Assembly (NCBI GenBank): GCA_039923495.1 | Contig: JBDTCO010000042.1 | Coordinates: 7,925 to 71,924, forward strand | DNA: 64,000 nucleotides | Source: Polyangia bacterium | GTDB lineage: Bacteria > Myxococcota_A > Polyangia > Palsa-1104 | Direction of reading: 5' to 3' | Shown: positions 62,486 through 64,000 of the stretch, one piece after another | Position numbering within the stretch: the first letter of the stretch is position 1 | Layout of the letters: each line of letters begins with the position of its first letter | Position numbers and translations under genes: made by a program | Notes under the pieces: model-generated | Databases searched by the model: none | What the model was told of the DNA's origin: nothing | The model's input: the letters and a program-made list of their open reading frames with translations, nothing else

Positions 62486-64000
62486 TCAGATCAGCTTGAG
62501 CTGACCCGCCTCGGTCGACGTCGATGTCGGCTCTGCTGCAGACGCTTCGACGACCGCAGGCGCCCCCGACAGCATCGCCATCACCTCGTCCTCCGACAGG
62601 ATGACGAGCGGCGCGCCAGCCAGGATGAGCTTGTCGGCCGCCTTCTGCTTCGTCGACGGGCCACCGCTCTTGTCGGCGCCGACGACGAGGTAGGTGAGCT
62701 CCTTCGTCACGGAGCTCAGCACCGCACCACCGGCGGCACGCACGCGCTTCTCGGCCTCCGAGCGGGCGAACGCGACGAGCTTGCCTGTGAACACGAACGA
62801 CTTGCCGGCGAGCAACCCACCCCCGGCACCGACGGTCTCGCTGACGGTGATCGCGACGTTCATGGCGAGCTTCTCGATGAGCGCCGCGCTGTCTGCGAGG
62901 CCGCGCACGACGTTCTCCGCGATGATCTCCCCGATGCCATGCGTCGCTGCGAGGTCGGTCTGCGTGACCGCGAGCACCGCGTCGAGTGAACGATAGCGAT
63001 CCGCCAGGATGCTCGAGACCTTCTTGCCGAGGTCGGGAATTCCGAGGGCGCGCAGGAAGGTGGCGAGCTCGAGGCGCCGTGCCTTGTCGACCTCGGCGAC
63101 GAGCTTCACCGCGAGCTTCTCGCCCGAGCGCGGCAGCTTCGCGAGGTCCTCGCGCCCCAGCGCGTAGAAGTCGCCAGGGTCACGCAGCAGCTTCGCGTCG
63201 TACGCCCCCTCGAGGACGGCGTCGCCGAAGCCGAGCATGCCGGTGACGTCGGCCCAGTGGGCGAGCTGTCCGAGCAGCGCTGCCTTGCAGGTGAGCGGCG
63301 TCGTGCAGAACAGGAAGTCGCGGCGCCGCTCGGTGGGGGAGCCGCAGCTCGGGCACGCCGTGGGCACGACGACGGGTGCGTCGCCAGCCTCGGTCACGAA
63401 CTCGACGTTGGGGATGACGCCGCCGCGACGCACGATCGTGACCTTCGCGCCGAGGGTGAGCCCGAGGCGATCGATGAACGCGACGTTGTGCAACGACGCG
63501 CGCGTGACCGTGACGCCCGACAGCGCGACGGGATCGACGATGGCGACCGGCGTGATGGCGCCCGTCCGCGCGACGGACCACTCGACCTGCCGTAGCGTCG
63601 ATGAGCCGGTGTCCCCCTGGAACTTGTACGCGAGCGCGTAGCGCGGGTGGTGACCGGTCTCGCCGAGACGACGCTGCTCCTTCAGCGAGTCGACCTTGAA
63701 CACGACGCCGTCGATCTCGTAGTCGAGCGTGGGGCGCAGCGTCGCGAAGTGTCGATAGCCGTCGAGCGCCTGCTCCTTGGCGAGCACGACGTGGTCGACG
63801 GGAGGGAAGCCGAACGAGGCGAGGCGAGCGAGGACGCCCGAGAGGGACTCTTCGTTCGAGCCGAGCAGGTCGTATGCCGCGAAGGACAGCCCATAGCTCG
63901 CGGACTTCTGGCGATCCTTCTGCTTGATGGCGCCCGCCGTGAGGTTGCGCGGGTTGGCCATGCCCTCGGCCTTGTACTTCGCGAAGACCGACAGCTTCAT
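62486..64000 (-). CDS. ligA: NAD-dependent DNA ligase, C-terminal about 500 aa (N-terminus beyond window edge)
   Basis: OB-fold region, Zn finger CPSCGS...C, HhH repeats, and a C-terminal BRCT (GKSFVFTGKL...). The frame is open to nt 64000. Confidence 0.88.
   Translation of the reverse strand: MKLSVFAKYKAEGMANPRNLTAGAIKQKDRQKSASYGLSFAAYDLLGSNEESLSGVLARLASFGFPPVDHVVLAKEQALDGYRHFATLRPTLDYEIDGVVFKVDSLKEQRRLGETGHHPRYALAYKFQGDTGSSTLRQVEWSVARTGAITPVAIVDPVALSGVTVTRASLHNVAFIDRLGLTLGAKVTIVRRGGVIPNVEFVTEAGDAPVVVPTACPSCGSPTERRRDFLFCTTPLTCKAALLGQLAHWADVTGMLGFGDAVLEGAYDAKLLRDPGDFYALGREDLAKLPRSGEKLAVKLVAEVDKARRLELATFLRALGIPDLGKKVSSILADRYRSLDAVLAVTQTDLAATHGIGEIIAENVVRGLADSAALIEKLAMNVAITVSETVGAGGGLLAGKSFVFTGKLVAFARSEAEKRVRAAGGAVLSSVTKELTYLVVGADKSGGPSTKQKAADKLILAGAPLVILSEDEVMAMLSGAPAVVEASAAEPTSTSTEAGQLKLI

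Overview
This is a very GC-rich bacterial chromosomal segment (by eye about 70% G+C, with third codon positions almost all G/C). I read about 55 protein genes and found no rRNA, tRNA, CRISPR array, transposase or integrase. Gene content suggests a Myxococcota-like organism: a FrzS/AglZ-like pseudo-receiver plus coiled-coil protein, an MXAN_5187-like proline-rich protein, many lipoproteins and NHL beta-propellers. Genes are tightly packed, and many junctions are ATGA/GTGA/TAATG start-stop overlaps. Many of the longest ORFs in the supplied track are Arg/Ala/Pro-rich off-frame shadows of the real genes.

Content from left to right:
- a glycosidase-like gene, a small lipoprotein and a putative outer-membrane (OM) barrel
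- a convergent HlyD/TolC pair with no inner-membrane pump
- comA (phosphosulfolactate synthase)
- a circularly permuted ATP-grasp ligase, gamma-glutamyltransferase and an orphan MbtH-like gene
- a MoxR/DUF58/VWA/TPR (Bat-like) operon ending in comB, which carries a 3x48-bp in-frame repeat
- a divergent amide-ligase cluster: a second ATP-grasp, a Cys-rich secreted protein, a GxCxG hydrolase and an enolase-superfamily epimerase facing a PIG-L deacetylase and two GH3-family ligases
- a tightly coupled 8-gene minus-strand operon (27352-35849)
- an envelope cluster: OM barrel, lipoprotein, P460-like haem protein and three NHL lipoproteins
- a cytochrome c-MbnP-MbnH operon
- a lyase/AMP-ligase pair
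- housekeeping genes: hflX, rseP, tsaB, glmU, ilvE and part of ligA

The main finding is in the 8-gene operon. An in-frame TGA at 33802-33804, followed by a SECIS-like hairpin, joins a 93-aa ORF to 82 further codons. The result is a 176-aa U-G-S-C motif selenoprotein that the ORF track misses. The function of the operon around it is not known.

All functional calls come from motifs I recognise by eye. No database search was possible.
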